Part shown: positions 50,681 through 64,000 of the stretch, piece by piece | How positions within the stretch are numbered: position 1 is the first letter of the stretch | How the letters are laid out: every line of letters starts with the position of its first letter | Notes under the pieces: generated by a model | The model's database searches: none | The model's input: the letters and a program-made list of their open reading frames with translations, nothing else | What the model was told of the DNA's origin: nothing | Assembly: GCF_004010195.1 (NCBI RefSeq) | Contig: NC_057752.1 | Location: forward strand, 7,154,063 to 7,218,062 | DNA: 64,000 bases | Direction: 5' to 3' | DNA from: Chiloscyllium plagiosum | Lineage: Eukaryota | Position numbers and translations under genes: made by a program

Positions 50681-51463
50681 CCTTTTGGTATTGTCTTAAC
50701 CCTCAATCCATTTTTCAAAAGGCAACTGCTTAAAAATTTAAATAATTAAATGTGATAGACACCAACATATTTTTTTATGTTCACCCTTGTTCTCGAGTTA
50801 GCACACAACTTCTGATGGCTATCCAGCTGCAAGTCAATTGGGTGAAGGGCAGGTTCTGGCTCTGCTATAGTGGAATATAAATTAAGGATGGAGATCAAAC
50901 CTTTTTAAATAATTTGCAACTAAAACCACTTTCTCCTTGACCTTTCAATTTTGAAATGTCCTTTGAAAAAAAGAGTACTATCCACCGATAATTGACAAAT
51001 AAAACCAGATGCAGGAGGTCTGGCAGCATCTGTGGAGAGACACTGACTTCGGAACTGACAATTTCACACAACAGTATCTCTTGTGGATCACAGAGCTATT
51101 ACAAAGGCTACAATCCAATTAAAGAGGAAAGGTGACAAAAGGTGAAACAAAAAAGGCATCCATTGGCATGTTAGTATTAAGCGATTAAAAATCACACCCT
51201 TGGCAAATTGGCAGCTTTATTCATTTTCCCTACTGTTTGTTATGTGACCAATTTTCTTTATGTGTTAAACATCAAAGAAACAGTTTTTGTCTTGAATGTG
51301 ACAGTTCTTCAGCTGGCTGGGTCAGGTGGTTTCTCATCAGTAATATTAATTCAAGGGTTGACAGAAGTCCAGCAATGTTCTAGATTTTGACATATAATTT
51401 TAACACATTGCCTTATGATGTCTGTGACTTTGAACAGAGTGCTGGGAGTTGGGGGAAAGAAGT

Positions 51464-52690
51464 GCTCCTTTCGGATTAACGAGTTCAACTTGCGGCGAGA
51501 CATCGAACAATTCTTCCGCTGCCTTCGCCTCCGCGCCTACTTCTTCAACCAGGATTATGACCCCATCTCCCACCACCAAACCATCATCTCCAAGACCATC
51601 CATAACCTCATCACTTCAGGGGATCTCCCATCCACCGCCTCCAACCTTATTGTCCCACAACCCCGCACCGCCCGTTTCTACCTCCTGCGCAAAATCCACA
51701 AACCTGACTGCCCCGGCCAACCCATTGTCTCAGCCTGCTCCTACCCCACCGAACTCATCTTTGCATACCTCTACACGGTCCTGTCCTCCTTAGTCCAAGA
51801 ACTCCCCACCTACGTTCGGGACACCACCCACGCCCTCCACCTCCTCCATGATTTTCGCTTCCCCGGTCCCCAACGCCTTATCTTCACCATGGACATCCAG
51901 TCCGTGTACACCTCCATCCCCCCATCATGAAGGACTCAAAGCCCTCCGCTTCTTCCTTTCCCGCCGTACCAACCAGTACCCTTCCACTGAACACCCTCCT
52001 TCGACTGACTGAACTGGTCCTCACTCTGAACAACTTCTCTTTCCAATCCTCCCACTTCCTCTAAACCAAAGGAGTAGCCATGGGCACCCGCATGGGCCCC
52101 AGCTATGCCTGCCTCTTCGTAGGATATGTGGAACAGTCCATCTTCTGCAGCTACACTGGCACCACCCCCACCTTTTCCTCCGCTACATCGATGACTGTAT
52201 CGGCGCTGTCTCGCGCTCCCATGAGGAGATTGAACAGTTCATCCACTTTACCAACACCTTCCACCCCGACCTCAAATTTACCTCAGACCCCTCCCTCCCC
52301 TTCCTAGACCTCTCCATTTCTATCCCGGGCAACCAAATCAACACGGACATTTACTATAAACCGACCGACTCCCACAGCTACCTAGACTACACCTCCTCCC
52401 ACCCTGCCCCCTGTAAAAACGCCATCCCATATTCCCAATTCCTTCGTCTCCGCCGCATCTGCTCCCAGGAGGACCAGTTCCAAAACCGTACAACCCAGAT
52501 GGCCTCCTTCTTCAAGGACCGCAGTTTCCCCACAGACGTGGTAAACGATGCTCTCCACTGCATCTCCTCCACTTCCCGCTCCTCCGCCCTTGAGCCCCGC
52601 CCCTCCAATCGCCACCAGGACAGAACCCCACTGGTCCTCACCTACCACTCCACCAACCTCCATATACAGCGTATCATCCGCCGTCATTTT
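51464..52690 (+). mobile_element. Penelope RT fragment, same family as 37514-40451, internally deleted
   Basis: FFRCLRLRAYFFNQD, FTMDIQS and AMGTRMGPSYA motifs; high similarity to 38100-39650. Confidence 0.92.
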
Positions 52691-53124
52691 GGGCTTGGAA
52701 GACTGTTCTTGGTGTAATCGATCAAAAATAAGTCATAATCTTGATCACATTCTTCGAACATCTTAACTACATCATTTGCTGCAGTTGCCCCAGTTTTTGC
52801 AATCAAACTCTATCAACCATTCATTAGCATGTGCCAATGCCATTGTAATACTGACCACTCCTCTCCCGTTTACCTACAATATAACACTGTTACTTCTCAA
52901 ATTTCAAGCCAATTTAATCTCAATTCACGTTAATCCAACGTTTGATTCAACTGTTAGATTTTGGGAGTTCAGGATAATGGTTATTTAATATAAGTAGTTG
53001 ACCATTGATAAGGAATTTTCAGATAGTTTATTAAATTTGACTACAAGCAACAATTACATGTGATGCATTAGTCAATTAGACAAGAAAAAGTATATGACCT
53101 GTGACAATTGAGAAAGGTTCACTG

Positions 53125-53330
53125 CTATCACCCTCACCTTGACCTCCTTCCACCTATCGCATTTCCAACGCCCCTCCCCCAAGTCCCTCCTCCCTACCTT
53201 TTATCTTAGCCTGCTGGACACACTTTCCTCATTCCTGAAGAAGGGCTCATGCCCGAAATATCGATTCTCCTGCTCCTTGGATGCTGCCTGACCTGCTGCG
53301 CTTTTCCAGCAACACATTTTCAGCTCTGAT
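53125..53330 (+). mobile_element. Penelope 3' terminal fragment with a hammerhead motif at 53235-53262
   Basis: CTGAAGA A GGGC TCAT GCCC GAAA TA TC; matches 35942-36065. Confidence 0.8.
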
Positions 53331-53489
53331 TCTTACTCTACTACAGGGAAAAAAAATGAGCTGTTTGGTGAGAATCTGGTAAGTGGCCAAAGTTAATTTT
53401 ATTCTTAAGATTCAAAATAGCATAGGAGCTTGTGGAAAGGTTAATAAATATTTTTATTGAATAATTAAGTAATTAATTTCAATACATTA

Positions 53490-56400
53490 AGGATGGCAGG
53501 GCAAGTGATGCATCATGGTTGCAACATGTGGGTGCTCCTGGATGCCAGTGTAGCTGAAAATGAACAGATAAGGGGATCCAGAGGGCAGCAACCTGTCTTA
53601 GTAATTGTCTAACAGGTGTGAGGCTATTTCTGCTTGTTTGGATGAGAGCAAGGGGTGCAGCATGGATGAACTAACTGACCAGGCATCGTGATACAGGAAG
53701 CCATTCCTTTTTGTACCCCGACTTGAATGTATTAGCAGTAGTCTATTATAGTGAGGGGAATTAACACTACCCTCTGAAGCAGAGAGAGAGAGTGCGCACA
53801 TAAGAGAGAGAGAAAGGTATTTACATAGGAAATGATAAAACAGTGTGACAGGAAAAGATAGAGAGTACAAATCTGAGAGTAAACCAGCAGGTAAAACTAG
53901 AAAGTACAAAACTAAAAAAAAAAGGCCATCTGAACACATGTAGCAAGTAAAATAAAACAATGAACTAACAGCACAACCAGAAATGGATACATACAATCGG
54001 ATAGCCATTACAGAGATGTGTTTGCAGGATGACACAGATCAGGATCTGAATACTGAAAGGTAAATGACATTTAGGAAGGAGAGGAAGCTAAGAAAGGTGG
54101 AGGGATGGTTCTGTTAATTAATGATGATATTATCGCAAAGAGAAGGATGACCTAAGTTCAGGAAAGCAGGATGCAGAAATAGTTTGGGTAGAGATAAAAG
54201 GCAAGATGTTACATGTGGGAGTGGTGTAAAAGCCTCCTAACAGTAACCACCTGGTAAGGTGGTCTATGGAAAAAGTGATTGGAGCCTGTCAGAAGGTACA
54301 GCAAAAATCATGGGGTTTTTAAATCGCCACAGACTGGAAAAATTAGACAGGCAAAGGTAGCCCGGATGAGAAGTTCATAAAAGGCTTTCTCAATAGTTTC
54401 ACAGCACAGCATATTCTGGAGCCAACCTGAGGGCAGGCGATACAAACCTGGAATTACGCAATGAGATAAAATTAGTTAATGATTCCTTACTGAAGGCAAC
54501 CCTAGACAGCAGCAATCATAATATGATTGAATTTTACATTTAGTTTAAGGGAGAGGAGTGGATCAAAGACAGGCCAATTAGGAGGGCATGCAAGCAGAAC
54601 TGGCTAAAGTTAACTGGCAAAGTTGGTTAAGGGATAGGTCAATACAGGTGCAATGGCAGATACTGAAGGAGATATTTCAGAATGTGCAGAATAGATACAT
54701 TCAAAGGAGAAAGAAAAAATCCTAAGGGGTAAATCCACCATCCATGGTTAATTTAAAAATTAGAGATAGTATTGACAATACATATTTGTGGATTAGAGAA
54801 TTGGGGGAAAAAAATGAAAGGTCTGCTATTGATAAAAGCTAATAAAATTTGGGAGAGAGGTTTCTGAAAAGAGACATAAAGATTGTTTTAGGACCTATAT
54901 TGCTAGATCAACAGAAAGCTTTGGAAGGGGCCTCTAATGTTCAAGTGGAAAAAAACAAGTTTGTAAAATCTCTCCTCATAGTTAATACCCTCCAAACCAG
55001 AAAACATCCTGGTAAACATTTTTCTGTACCCTTTCCAAAGCCTCAACATCCTTCTGGTAGTGTGATGACCAGAACTGTATGTAACATTCCAAAGGTGGCC
55101 TAACTAAAGTTCTATACAGCTGCAACATGACTTGCCAAAGGGTTCAGAAGGGAAACATAGGCTTGCAAATCAAAAGGACATGGTGGCATTGCAGGACAAT
55201 GTTAGACAAATATATCCAGAGTGGGACAGAACATACAAGCATAAACAAAAAAGCAGCAAACAGGGACAAAGTGTGAAGAAAAAGGTATTAAAGTAAGATC
55301 AGTATCTCTTTATTTGAAAGGATGTAATATTTGGAACAAAACAAATGAATTAACCACACAAATAGAGCTTAATGGCTATGATATTATAGCTATTGCAGAA
55401 GGATCAGTGCTGGGTCCACTGCTTTTCGTCATTTATATAAATGATTTGGATGTGAACATAGGAGGTATGGTTAATAAGTTTGCAGATGACACATGTTGTG
55501 AAACCTGAAAGGGTGCAGACAAGATTTATAAGGATGTTGCCAAGGTTGGAGGGTTTGAGCTATGGGGAGAGGCTGAGGGATAACATTATAGAGGTTTATA
55601 AAGGATAGGGTAAATAGACAAGGTCTTTTCCCCAGGGTGGAGGAGTCCAAAATAGAGGGCAGAGGTTAAAGGTAAGAGGGGAAAAGGGAGTAAAGGGGCA
55701 ACATTTTCACACAGAGGGTGGTGTGCATATGGAATGAGCTGCCAGAGGAAGTGATGGAGGCTGATACAGCTACAACATTTAAAAGGCATCTGGATCAGTA
55801 TATGAATAGGAAGGGTTGAGAGGGATAGGGGCGAACTGCTGGCAAATGGGACTAGATTAGGTTGGGATATCTGGTTGGCATGGACAAGTTGGACCAAAGG
55901 GTCTGTTTACATGCTGTATATCTCTGTGACTATTAAGTGGTTACAAGGAGATCAAAGCTGGGGATTAAACATTCAGAGATAATGTGACCTTTCGAAAGGA
56001 TGGGCAGACAGCAAGGATGATGATGTGGCTTTGTTAGTACAAGATGGAATCAGTACAGTAGTCAGAAATGATCTTTGATCGAATGATGTAGAATCCATAT
56101 GGATGGAGGCAAGAACTAACAAGGAGAAGGCAACACTGGTGGAAGTAGTCTATAGGTCCCCCAACAGCGGCTTTCTCTCGGACAGAGAATACACCAGGAG
56201 ACAAATGAAGGCAGATAATACAAAAGGCAGTACATTAATCATAGATTACTTTAATCGTCATAGATTTCTTTAATCGTCATAGATTTGGAAAGTCAATTTG
56301 GCACAGGTAGCCACAAGGAAGAAGTCAGAGAGCATGTGACGTAGCTTCCTAGAATGATACACTGTGGATCCAACCAGTGGTCAGCCTATTTTGGATCTGC

Positions 56401-59400
56401 TAACGTATAGTGAGGCAAGTTTAATAAATGATCTCACAATAAGAGACCCCTGAAGGAACAGGTGACCATAACACTGTAGAATGTAGCAGTTTGAGAGTGA
56501 GAAACAACTGTGCTAAACTTAAATAAGGGTAATTACAAAGCAGTGAGAGGAGAACTGTCTGGAGTAGATGGAAAATCAGTATAGTCGAGAAGATGGTCGA
56601 TGAACAATGGCAAACATTGAAAATAAATCATTTACGACTCACAACAAATATATCACAGTGAGGAAAAAGGATTCTAGGAAGGGAGTGAATCGACCATGGT
56701 TAATCTTTTTATATTTAGAGGGAGAGAGAGACAATAATGAACAAATATGTATTCATGACTTGGATGAGGGAAGTGCGTGTGCTATTGCAAAGTTTGCAGA
56801 TAGCACAAAAATGGAAGGCAAGTGAATAGAATATCCTTTTACTGTCATGTGTTCTCAAGTACAGATGTACAGAAGTATAATGAAAAGTTTAGAGTATTGC
56901 CTCATATAGTGCCATCTTAAGTACCTAGGTACAAATCTTAGATACAAAAAGAGGAATAAAAAGAAAAGTAGTTGCATTACTTGACAGAAATAAGACATAG
57001 TTACAGTCATATAAACAAATTAGAACTCAACATTACATTGCAGTAGCTGAGCACGGGGGCTTCTACACATGGTCTGACCATCTGCATCAGGCCCCAGTAC
57101 AACAACCACCCCCACTCCGCTCCAAACCTCCAGTCCACTCCACACCAGCTCTACGCTGCTCCATGGTAAGTTTTCTCAAGGACTCAATGCCCCTTGCTGG
57201 CCTCCGCTCTGGGACTGCTTTCTCGCGGCTCCTCCATTCCCCTCCGGGTAAATCAAAGTCATGAGTTGAAACGAAAGCAGGGAGGAGGAAAATAAAGAAA
57301 CAAACAAAAAAGAAAGAAAAGAAAAGAATGGGTGGTGAGGATGACACGAGGTGGCAGAGGGATATAGACAGGTTAAGTGGGTAAAAACTTGGCAATGGAA
57401 ATATAATGTGGGAAAGCCTGAAGTTATGCACTTTGGGGACTGCAAGAAAAAAAGGTATATATTATTTAATTGGGTAAATATTGCAGAAAGCTGCAGCAGA
57501 GGGTTTGGGGGAACCCTAGTGCATGAATCACAAAAATCACATCCAAGTTCAGTGGGTTATAGGGAAGGCAAATATAATATTGGGCTTTATTTCAAAAGGA
57601 AACTTGTATAAAAATAGAGACTTCTTGCTAAAATTATACAAGGCACCGGTCAGGTCACAACTGGAATGCTGTGATTAGTTCTTGGGCCCCTTATCCAAGA
57701 AAAGATATATTGGTACTGGGGAAAGTCCATCGAAGATTCACTAGATTTACGCTGGGTATGGAAGGATTTTCTTATGAAGAGAGATTGAGTAGGTTGGGCT
57801 TGTACTGATTGGCATTTAGAAGAACAAAAGGAGGTCTTCCTGAAATACAAGATTCTTCAGGGGCTTGATAATGTACTTGTGGAGAGGTAGTTTCCCTTTG
57901 AAAGGGTGTCTAGGATCAGACAGCATAATTTCAGAGTAAAGAGTCACACATTTATGACAGAGACGAGGAGGAATTTCTTCTCTCAGAGGAAGTGAATCTG
58001 TGGAATTCTATTCCACAGAGGGCTATTGAGAGTGGGTCACTAAGTATATTCAAATCTGAGATAAACAGATTCCTAATAATTAAGGAAAGCAAGGATTATT
58101 GAGATAAGGCAGAAAATTGGGGCCGAGGATTATCAGATCAGCCATGATCTCACTGAATGACGGAGCAGACTCGATGGGCTAAATGGTCTACTACTGCTCC
58201 TATGTCCAATGGTCTTTACTGCATAGAATGACTAAAGTATTAACAAAAGGGAAAAATTAAAGTACAAGAGAAAGTTAACTAGAAATGGTTTGACTAACAT
58301 TTCAAACATTGCTGTAAATTCAGGAAAGGGAAAGGAGCAAGAAACTCAGGAAAGTTGCAATCACTAGGGAAGTGGTACTGAGCAAACTGTTAGAGCTGCA
58401 GGCTGACAAGTCCCTGGGCCCTGATGGACTTCCTCCTAAGGTTTCAAAAGTGGCTAGTTGGATAGTTGAATCAACAGTTTAATTTTCCAAAGTTTCCTGG
58501 ATTCAGAAGAAGCTGTTTAAGATTGGAAAACCATGAATGTAACTCCTATATTTGAAAAGGAAGGTAGACAGAAAACAAGAAACTACAGGTCACTTAGCTT
58601 AACATCCACCCTCGGGAAGATGTTAGAAATGGTTTTGTGGTGGAAAATCCAATTTACAGGATTAAAGTATCAGCTATGATCGAATGGCAGAGCAGACTCA
58701 ATAGGCTGAATGGTTTAATTCTGTACCTATAATCTTATGGTCTTTTAGTAATGTGCCGTAGGGGGGGAGAAAAAAAAAAAGGAACTGATGGATTTCAAGA
58801 TGACAATTGACTTGGAGCTACATCAAAGGCAATTGCAAAAAAATAAGTGAACGGTGTAGGGGTGATAATACTGCCGTTGACGGAAGACTGGCTAACTAAC
58901 AAAACAGAGACTAGCATTTTCTGGTTGGCAAGTGCAACTCTGTAATATGCAACTCTAATATACCATAAAAATCAGTGCTGAAGCCTCAACTTTTTACAAT
59001 TGATTTTACCTGGATGAAGGGACCAAAGTCATGGTTGCTAAATTTGCTGATGATGCAAAGATAGGCAAGAAAGCAAGTTGTGAAGACATAAGGATGCTTC
59101 AAAGGAATACAGAGATTAAGTGAGTGGGCAAGGATCTGACAAATGAGGTTTATTGTGGAAAAATGTGCAAAAATCATTTTTGGCAGAGAGAATAAAAAAA
59201 ACTAAATGGTGAGAGATTACAGAGCTCTGAGATGCAGGGGGATGTGGGTGCCCTGGTGTGCAAATCACAAAAGGCTAGAATGCAGGTACAGCAAAGTTAA
59301 CCGAATGTTGTTTATTGTGAGGGAAATTGAATGCAATTGTGAAAAAGAAGGCTATGCAAATTAAAAGGGTCTTAAAATAGGAGAGGAAGAGAATTTGTTT

Positions 59401-59880
59401 CTCTCTCAGACAATTATTAAGTCTGGTCCGCTCTTCCCCACAGAGCAGTGGAGGCAAAGTCATTGCCTATTTTTAAGGCTGAGTTAGCCAGGTTCTTGAT
59501 TGATAGGAGAATCAAAGGAATAGGGACAGGTAGGAAAGAAGAGTTGAGGTCACAATCCGACATGTTGCGATCTTGTCAAATGGCAGAAGATTTGAGGGGC
59601 CAAATGACCAATTCCCAATTCTAATTTGTATGTTGATACATGAATCACCAAAAACAAATGTACAGGTACAAAAGGTAATCAAAACATTAGTCTTAAATGG
59701 TGCTGGAATACAAAACAGGGAAGTTATAGTTCACTGTACAGAGTCTTGACCAGACCCCTACCTAGGCTACTGTATTTAGTTTTGCGTATTCATGGATATC
59801 TAGGCCTTCGAGGGAGAACTGTGCAGATTCACAGAATAATATAGAATGTTAAACAGTTAAATTATAAAGTCAGGTTACAT
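53490..59880 (+). mobile_element. Cluster of nested and decayed CR1 fragments (ORF1 start, endonuclease, RT, 3' tails)
   Basis: NELTTQIELNGYDIIAIAE endonuclease motif split by a CR1 3' insert (~55400-55930); KFADDT-like motifs at ~55480, ~56790 and ~59040. Confidence 0.85.
56823..57330 (-). mobile_element. Non-coding repeat with a Rex1-like tail (copy 2), inserted in a CR1 RT
   Basis: Interrupts CR1 just after KFADSTK; homologous to 46240-46645. Confidence 0.7.
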
Positions 59881-60704
59881 TAATTTGGGAGCCAGGTTTT
59901 ATAAAAGACAACTGGTTCACCAATGCCCTTTCAGAAAGAAATGCTGTCAGTCCTTACCCAGTCTGTCTCAGGTATGACTTCAGTTGCATACCAACTGAGT
60001 GGACTCTTAGCTACTGTTTAAATTTGATGAGCAGCTGTTCAGTTATATCAGTATACTACCCAAAAAGGCCCATCATCTACCCATGGTAACCAAGATTGGC
60101 AATAAATGCTGATCTTACAAGAATGTTCACATCCAAGAATGAATTATATTTTAAAAGTTATTTAATCCCAATAGTTTTCCTTTCTCTCCTGGATCTAACT
60201 ATTAAATTTAGTGCAAGAACACAGAACTGCAAATTAATTTTTATCCACATTTGCTCTCCTTGTCTTGATTCTTTACTTCTTCTCCTTCTCCCTCAAAAGG
60301 AAGTACAAATGAGCTAATTACCTCAGATAGGCACATAACTAATTTAGAGTTAAAGCACTTATTTGATGAAATCAACCATAATGATTCGAAGAGAACAGGG
60401 AGTCCAATATCAAAATAAACTGACGTTTTTGAAATTTATTCATTATTTGCCCTTACTAAATAAACAAATACTCTATTCAACATCACTGACATTACTCTTA
60501 CATGTCTGGAAATATGTGCAGGCTTCTATTCATTTCTCTACATACTTCCAACAAAACAATATTCTGACAAGTCATATTAAAAAGAAATTATTTTGTGTAA
60601 TAGAAACAAAATATTTTTTCTAGACCAATGAAACATTTTCTTGATGCATCTTTTCTGTACAGCTGGTTTCTCCAGGCTTGGCACCTTATGCAACAAAAGG
60701 TATA

Positions 60705-61490
60705 GTCAAGGAGACAGAGATGTAAAGCAAGGAAACAGACCCTTCAGTCCAACTCGTCCATGCCAACCAGCTATACTATATAAATCAAGTCCCATTTGCC
60801 GGTGTTTGGTCCGTATCCCTCTAAAACCTTCCTATTCACTTTTAAAATGTTGTAATTATACCAGCCTCCACCACCACCTCTGGCAGTTCATTCCATACAC
60901 ACACCACTCTTTGCATGAAAAGGATGCCCCTTAGGTCCCTTTTAAATTTCTCCTCTCACCTTAAACCTATGCCCTCTAGTTCTGGACTCCCCATGAGTGT
61001 GCAGAATTGCTTCCTAACATCGCTCCTGAATGTTTTGGCCCTAATTTTTAATATGCCCCTCAGTTCCAGAATTCCCTAATCAATTTAACCTGTCTCTTCG
61101 TGCTAATATCTTGAAGACTTTGATCAGATCACCCCATAACCTTCTGAATTCTAGAAAAAAAGCGCCTTAATTTATATAATCTCTCATAACTTAACCCCTA
61201 AATTTCAGGTATCATTCTTGTAAACCTATATCGTAGTCCCACCCCAGGCCAATTTATCTTTCCTAAAATGTGATGCCTCAACCTGCTCTCAGTACTCCAA
61301 GTGAGGTCTAACCAAGATTTTTGTAGAACTGCAGCATGACATCAGTGTCCTTGTACTCCAGTCCTCTACACAGAACAGCCAGCATTCGGTTAGCTTTCTT
61401 AATTGTGGTCTGCACCTGCTCATGAAATTTTGCAGATCTATACACCTGAATGCCCAAATCTCTATGGACATCCACTGTTTTTAACTTCAT
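60705..61490 (-). mobile_element. Two adjacent CR1 3' fragments
   Basis: CR1 tail plus RDLGIQV and LVRPHLEY motifs. Confidence 0.8.
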
Positions 61491-61809
61491 ACAACCTCAG
61501 CCTTATCCTGAAGGAAACCAAACTTGAATCCAACCACTGTGTAAAAGTGTATGTTGCTCTAATGCAACTTGTAATTTTTCTTTGTTAAAATTCAGTAACA
61601 AAATACTAAGTAGTACCTCCAGTGTGGCCCTACCCTTCTAATTAGTTTAAAGTTCAGTTTTCAAGTAAATCACATGACATTTGAGGAATGGACTTTCTAA
61701 ATCCTGTTGCTTAGCAATAAACAGGTGCAGATAACCACAAATTACAGGTAGGTTGAAGCGGAGTAAATGAACCCAGGTGGAAGGAGGGGTTACAATAACC
61801 TTTAAGTTT

Positions 61810-62096
61810 GATTAGACTAGATTCCCTACAGTGTGGAAACAGGCCCTTCGGCCCAACAACTCCACACCGACCCTCTGAAGAGTAACCCCCCCCCTCTGAC
61901 TAATGCACCTAACACTGTGGACAATTTAGAATGGCCAATTCACCTGACCTGCACATTTTTGGACTGTGGGAAGAAACTGGAGCACCCGGAGGAAACCCAC
62001 GCAGACACAGGGAGAATATGCAAACTCCACACAGATAGTTGCCCGAACCTGGGATTCTGGTGCTGTGAGGCAGCAGTGCTAACCACAGTGCTGCCC
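61810..62096 (-). mobile_element. HE1/V-SINE-type SINE
   Basis: Homologous to 43816-44120. Confidence 0.88.
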
Positions 62097-62564
62097 GTTG
62101 TAGAAGAAGGTTCCACAAAAGACAGATAAATCTGTAGTCCAGCACATTAAGATTTTAAAAACATATGCAGACTTCAATCTTTGTGGAATTTTAGTGACTG
62201 AATTTTAGCTTTTGATTTTATCAATTATAATACTATAGAGTACAATTACTGCTTCTCTTTGTCCTAGAAATATAACCTCAGGCTACTGCCAAAAGTATAT
62301 GATTTTTGTCGTTGTTCTGTAGATCTACATCATCAAAACTCTCAAAAGGTCCAAAAACTGCGCAGTGACTTGAAACCTGTGAAATAACACATTAGAAAGC
62401 CAAGAGATAAGCACTCGTCCAGCAAGTACTACAATATCTGAGAATAAAATCCATTTTGTAAAAGTGACTCCAAGTGATTCAAATCCCTCATATTCATACT
62501 GTAGAATACAATGTGATTCACAGCAAATTTTATTCCAAATAATCTGACCACCTTCATTTCTTAT

Positions 62565-63230
62565 AGAGTCAGAGTCCTATAGCATGGAACCAGGCCCTTT
62601 GGCCCAAATTGATCCATGCCGACCAAAACGTCCATCCACACTAATCCCATTTCCCTGGACTTGGGCCATATCCTTCTAAACCTTTCCTATCCATATACAT
62701 AGGAACCTTGATTATCCGAAGGATGCGGGTGGGGAGTATTTGTTTGGTTAATTGAATTCCGGATAATCGAATGCTGGATAACATAGTTTATCCAAGCATT
62801 GGGACCTTGCGGTCTTGCCAGATAATCCGATATTTGGATAATCGAATGCCAGATAATTGAGGTTCCTCTGTATTTGTCCAAACACCTTTTAAGTGTTGTT
62901 CATGTACCTGCTTAACCTACTTCTGCTGGCAGTTCACTCCATATATACGTACCACCCTGCGTAAAAAAAGGTTCCTCTAAGGTGCACTTTGATTCTTTCC
63001 TCTAACCTTAAACTGATGCCTTCTAATCCTCAATTCCCCAACCTAGGGAAAAAGACTGAGTGCATTCACCCTATCCATGCCTCTCATGATCTTATACACC
63101 TCTATAAGGGCCTTCCTCAGTCTTCTACGTTCTAAAGAAAAAAGTCCCAGCTTGTCCAATCTCTCCTTATAACTCAGACTGTTGAATTCTGGCAACATCC
63201 TTGTAAATTTCTTCTAAACTCTTTCCAGTT
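62565..63230 (-). mobile_element. CR1 3' fragment hosting a MITE
   Basis: Same tail as 2196-2520 and 43657-43810. Confidence 0.8.
62698..62870. mobile_element. Tc1/mariner (Tigger/pogo-like) MITE, 173 bp
   Basis: TA TSD on both sides; TIRs CATAGGAACCTTGATTATC and GATAATTGAGGTTCCTCTG; repeated internal GATAATCGA-like motifs. Confidence 0.88.
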
Positions 63231-63714
63231 GTTAGGTTAAACTGAAACTTCAAACTCAACCACAACAAATCACCACAAATATGACTTATCCTCATGTTCT
63301 CTATGACTACCATGAATTATGTCAAGTATTTTCTTAATGTCCATAAAATGAAGATTTGAGGGTAATAATTCACCTCTAAGTTACAGGATCCTAAAATTAC
63401 AAACAAAAATCACCATCTTATTGGTAATAATTTAACTTTTGCTGGTGTAGAAATTTCAACGATTTCAGTTAGGTGAAAAAGAAAATGATTACTCTGGCCA
63501 ATGCACCCTTTAAAATTGCCTCTGCACATAGGCTGTACTAGTTTGTTTTATAAAGTTTGCAAATAGGTACCACATTATAATAAAGTATTCTCTTAGTGCA
63601 GATAAACCTTAGTCACAGGATTCCAAAGATTTTTGTAAGACTTTCTACCAAGTGTCTTATGGAATTCATGATGCTGGAAGCTCTGGGGTGTAACAGCCAA
63701 TTCTGGACTGTATT

Positions 63715-64000
63715 TTTTTATTGTTTCACAGGACGTGAGCATTGTTGACTAGGTCAGCATTTATTGATCATTCTTAATTGCCTTAAGAAAGTGGTCAGGC
63801 ACATTCTAGAACCATTGCAGTCTATGGGGTAAAGGGATACCCAGAATGCTGTTAGAGAGGGAGCTCCAGTATTTTGACCCAGTGACACTGAAAGAACAGG
63901 CATGTATCTTTACGTCAGTAAGGTGTGCAATTTAGACCAGAACCTGCAGGTGGTGGTGTTCCCACAGTCTGCAGCCCTTGTTCTTCTACATAGTACAGGT
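63715..64000 (-). mobile_element. L2-like 3' end fragment
   Basis: Reverse-complement similarity to 2937-3230 and 25320-25605. Confidence 0.6.

Noticed and set aside
62279..62376. Minus-strand exon-like segment after tttcacag
   Set aside because: Stops in all three frames, weak donor, and no SPATS2 similarity.
40972..64000. Expected next upstream SPATS2 exon (NIEKSVKDLQRC...)
   Set aside because: Not found by eye; it probably lies beyond the window, so no call is made.
1..64000. CRISPR arrays, operons or other prokaryotic systems
   Set aside because: The sequence is a spliced vertebrate locus with no regularly spaced repeat-spacer array.

Overview
Vertebrate genomic DNA, most likely a shark, inferred from HE1/V-SINE-type, Deu-SINE-type, CR1 and Penelope repeats; three N-gaps lie at 32233-32323, 36165-36390 and 37693-37952. 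Two genes converge. The last six coding exons of MCRS1 (+, 3663-11485) include the FHA domain and stop codon. The last five coding exons of SPATS2 (-, 40971-15574) follow; no further SPATS2 exon was found in 40972-64000. The rest is intronic or intergenic and rich in transposons: many CR1 and L2 fragments, a decayed full-length L1 with an 11-bp TSD, a Penelope element with a 15-bp TSD, SINEs and MITEs. The most notable signals are: (i) minimal hammerhead-ribozyme motifs in Penelope termini and in short palindromic elements carrying one motif per strand; (ii) a 255-bp inverted duplication of about 96% identity in an MCRS1 intron; (iii) a tandem 155-bp monomer in a CR1 5'UTR; (iv) a chimeric CR1 junction present twice; (v) no room for KCNH3 between SPATS2 and MCRS1. 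All assignments come from reading the sequence and from recalled family knowledge; no searches were run, and boundaries of decayed repeats are approximate.
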